IMG/VR virus record: IMGVR_UViG_3300029258_004006
Length of the DNA stretch: 64,000 bases
DNA from: a virus
Strand: one strand, 5' to 3'
In this document: positions 61,588 to 64,000 of the stretch, piece after piece
How the letters are laid out: each line of letters starts with the position of its first letter
Numbering within the stretch: position 1 is the stretch's first letter
The notes under the pieces: generated by a model
The model's input: only the letters and a program-made list of their open reading frames with translations
Database searches by the model: none
Told to the model about the DNA's origin: nothing
Made by a program: the position numbers and the translations under genes

Positions 61588-63765
61588 CTATTGATGCCAT
61601 TTAATGGCTTGCAATACGGCTTCAGATAAATCCTGATCAAAGGTGGGGTTCAAGTCCACCGATTCTCGGACGGTCATATGCATGTTAGTATGACATCGTT
61701 CCATAGCCTCAGCAATCGATTCCACTGACACAACAACTTCGGGAAAGATAATACCATCTTCACGAGTAACCAGTTTGTCCACTTTGATCAACTCCCCATA
61801 CTTGGGGGTGATGAATTCGTTCATAGGAGGATGGTCTGTTGTCACCGTAGGAATACCGGCGAATATAGCTTCAGGTAAACACAGTCCCAAACCATCTAAT
61901 TTAGAGGGGTATACGTGAATAGCACCTAAGTTATATGGAAGCAAAAGGTCATCTTCCGTACTCTCTTCTATCCAGGTGATGGAGGAATCGCGTTCGTTCA
62001 ATACTCGTTGACACTCCAAAGGTAGTTTGTCTCTGCTGGTCTGACACCAAATTCCCAATGTCCATTCGGGGTGTTCCTGGAGCAGTTTATCAAAAGCTAA
62101 GATCAGTTTATCTGTTCCCTTGCGGTAATTGATTCCTAACCAACCAGCATTGTGAACAAAAGTAAACCTCCTATTACGAGTCACACGTTCGAGGGGTGTG
62201 TAATAGCCCTCAAGGCCCTGGGCATCAAACCGCCAGTCCAGTTTGACATAATTGCACAGTCCTTTGATTTGAGCGGAAGCCCATTCAGTGGAGGTCAACA
62301 CCAGATCATAGATGTTGAGAGCGGGCTTCCAATCCTCCTTGAAATAATCCAAGTAGGTCATAACCAAACAGTGGCCACGAAGCACAAACGGCAAGGAGAA
62401 ATCATACTCCTCGTTGAATATGACCACATCGAGGTTGTTTGCTTTCACCCAATTCAACAAATCCGTTGGCTTGATCTGATACTGGGGATAAGACGTAATC
62501 CTGGGATGTGCCCATTTACCTGTGGTTATCGGTGGTTTGTCCTCACCATGCACACCTCCGGTTCTGGCCAAGATGTAGGTTTCAATCTGAGGGTGTCTCT
62601 CCAAAGCGCCCGCCATCATCCTAGCTACATAAGATTGGCCACGTTCAAACCAGATGTTCACAAACCCTACACGATAAGGAGTGTTTCGACGCGATAAAAG
62701 AGGCTTGCGTCTCTTGTATGAGGATACGACACGACCAGCATGAGCTAACTTGGTAATATTAGAACCCATTACCGCAGCTTGAACGATGTTCTCTACTTCA
62801 GCAGGACTCTCCGTAAATATCTTTGGCGGTATCTCCTGCACCTGTAACGCTACGGAGGGTTCTTCTTTTTGAGGAACAGGGAGTTTTTCTTTTCCTAGTG
62901 CGATCCTCTTTATGATGGAGAGGAATTGTTTGCACTTATTGGAATACGTATGAGTATCCCAGACTTCCGTCTGCCCAGCAGCCGCAGTTCTAGCGAAATC
63001 AATGGTCTTATTTGAGAGAGCTTCGACTACATCATCGGGAGAATGAACTACCACATGAGAAGGTAATTGTGATGCGGAGAGGGGTTCGGTCAGTAAACAA
63101 GCACCACAACCCGTAACTTCAAAAACACGAGTCTCGGTGTTGATTCGTTTCGAGCAGTGGATGTTCAAAAAGAACTGACAGTTCTTGATGAATTTGAACA
63201 TCTCATCGCCCTCTGTTCGTCCTCCCTTTTTCCAATTAGCTGGCAGCATAATCTGAAAGTGCTTGCTTATCTGATCGATCCATTCAATCCGACGAGGTGT
63301 GGGGTGCCCAACGAATCCAACCTGAAAGGGTCTCTTTTCCCATTTCGGGCCTTTAACTTCTCGACCAACACTTACACCATAGCTGGGAGCACACACCACA
63401 CGAGGATGGAGGGTTTGCATGTACTCTAAGCAAGAGGGTTCGTGGACAGCAAGAATATCAAAAGCAGCAAGGTTCTGCTGGAGCTGTTTCAGTTTAAGAT
63501 CGGCAAGGTCATCCTCCGATCCATCAGGTAGTAATTCGCTGTACCAATTGATTGTAATACCAGACAGACCCTGAATCCAATTTGGGTTAACTCCATCTCC
63601 CTTAATAAACAACTGTATATCGGCTACTTGGGCCTGTTGTATGTAATCTTTTGACTGGCGAGTGTCAAAAGTATTAACCTCTACACCCAGACTCCGAAAT
63701 CCTTCTGCCATTCCCGCTTCAGTAGACGCCGGATTAGCAAAACTACCGAACATGTTAATTTTCAA
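61588..63765 (-). CDS. two-domain glycosyltransferase (CgeB-like N-domain plus GT-B/GT4-like C-domain)
   Basis: C-terminal YPSKLDGLGLCLPEAIFAGIPTVTTD. N-terminal NTETRVFEVTGCGACLLTE. Confidence 0.75.
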   Translation of the reverse strand: MKINMFGSFANPASTEAGMAEGFRSLGVEVNTFDTRQSKDYIQQAQVADIQLFIKGDGVNPNWIQGLSGITINWYSELLPDGSEDDLADLKLKQLQQNLAAFDILAVHEPSCLEYMQTLHPRVVCAPSYGVSVGREVKGPKWEKRPFQVGFVGHPTPRRIEWIDQISKHFQIMLPANWKKGGRTEGDEMFKFIKNCQFFLNIHCSKRINTETRVFEVTGCGACLLTEPLSASQLPSHVVVHSPDDVVEALSNKTIDFARTAAAGQTEVWDTHTYSNKCKQFLSIIKRIALGKEKLPVPQKEEPSVALQVQEIPPKIFTESPAEVENIVQAAVMGSNITKLAHAGRVVSSYKRRKPLLSRRNTPYRVGFVNIWFERGQSYVARMMAGALERHPQIETYILARTGGVHGEDKPPITTGKWAHPRITSYPQYQIKPTDLLNWVKANNLDVVIFNEEYDFSLPFVLRGHCLVMTYLDYFKEDWKPALNIYDLVLTSTEWASAQIKGLCNYVKLDWRFDAQGLEGYYTPLERVTRNRRFTFVHNAGWLGINYRKGTDKLILAFDKLLQEHPEWTLGIWCQTSRDKLPLECQRVLNERDSSITWIEESTEDDLLLPYNLGAIHVYPSKLDGLGLCLPEAIFAGIPTVTTDHPPMNEFITPKYGELIKVDKLVTREDGIIFPEVVVSVESIAEAMERCHTNMHMTVRESVDLNPTFDQDLSEAVLQAIKWHQ

Positions 63766-63767
63766 CG

Positions 63768-64000
63768 TTATGCCCCTTCCGGTTGAGAATTAGCACTAGA
63801 GGAAACTACAATCAGGTTAGCTCCATCTGGATTGATCTGGACGAAGTTAGAAATGGCAATGTTGTTGGAGAAACCAGTAACGATGAAACCTACGGTTGCT
63901 AAAGCGTGATCTATTGCCAGGTGATCTAGTAAAACGACAGTTTCTGCTCGATTCTGATAGGCTCCAAACGCAATCAAAGCCTGATCATGGGTACCGCTAA
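63768..64000 (-). CDS. hypothetical protein, N-terminus beyond window edge
   Basis: The frame stays open from 63977 to the window end, and the track start is only a TTG. Confidence 0.5.
   Translation of the reverse strand, partial: SGTHDQALIAFGAYQNRAETVVLLDHLAIDHALATVGFIVTGFSNNIAISNFVQINPDGANLIVVSSSANSQPEGA

Overview
All credible genes lie on the minus strand and are tightly packed, with many ATGA/GTGA/TTGA start-stop overlaps. The window reads as a segment of a large tailed dsDNA phage or prophage.

Layout:
- 1-34178: virion module. It holds a candidate major capsid gene with a strong terminator, a 1455-aa tape measure protein, a beta-helix spike, a 1007-aa fibre, two lipoproteins (one collagen-like), HNH and PD-(D/E)XK-like endonuclease genes, and an actin-like ATPase.
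- 34179-34526: structured non-coding control region.
- 34527-44476: 7-deazaguanine (queuosine-precursor) DNA-modification island. It holds a TGT-family DpdA-like transglycosylase, QueC, QueF, a second QueC paralogue, a PurD-like ATP-grasp ligase, an EndoG/NucA-type nuclease, a 5'-truncated TnpB remnant and several unassigned ORFs.
- 44537-54462: replication, recombination and host-interaction genes. These are a type IIA topoisomerase A subunit, a DnaQ-like exonuclease, ClpS, a DnaX-like clamp loader, a pseudopilin-like protein, an SDR epimerase and a RuvC-like resolvase.
- 54484-64000: large unassigned proteins, a possible SSB, UDP-GlcNAc 2-epimerase and a two-domain glycosyltransferase.

I saw no rRNA, CRISPR array, integrase, terminase or canonical tRNA.

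The best candidate for something new is the deazaguanine island. Its ligase-type and adenylating enzymes are not explained by known dPreQ0/dPreQ1 pathways.

Secondary signals:
- a conserved SD-sequestering leader RNA found upstream of two structural genes
- two degenerate tRNA-like elements inside the late operon
- palindromic tandem operators in the 348-bp gap

All functional calls come from motifs read by eye. No searches were run. Start codons are approximate, and the ORF track appears to allow GTG/TTG starts.
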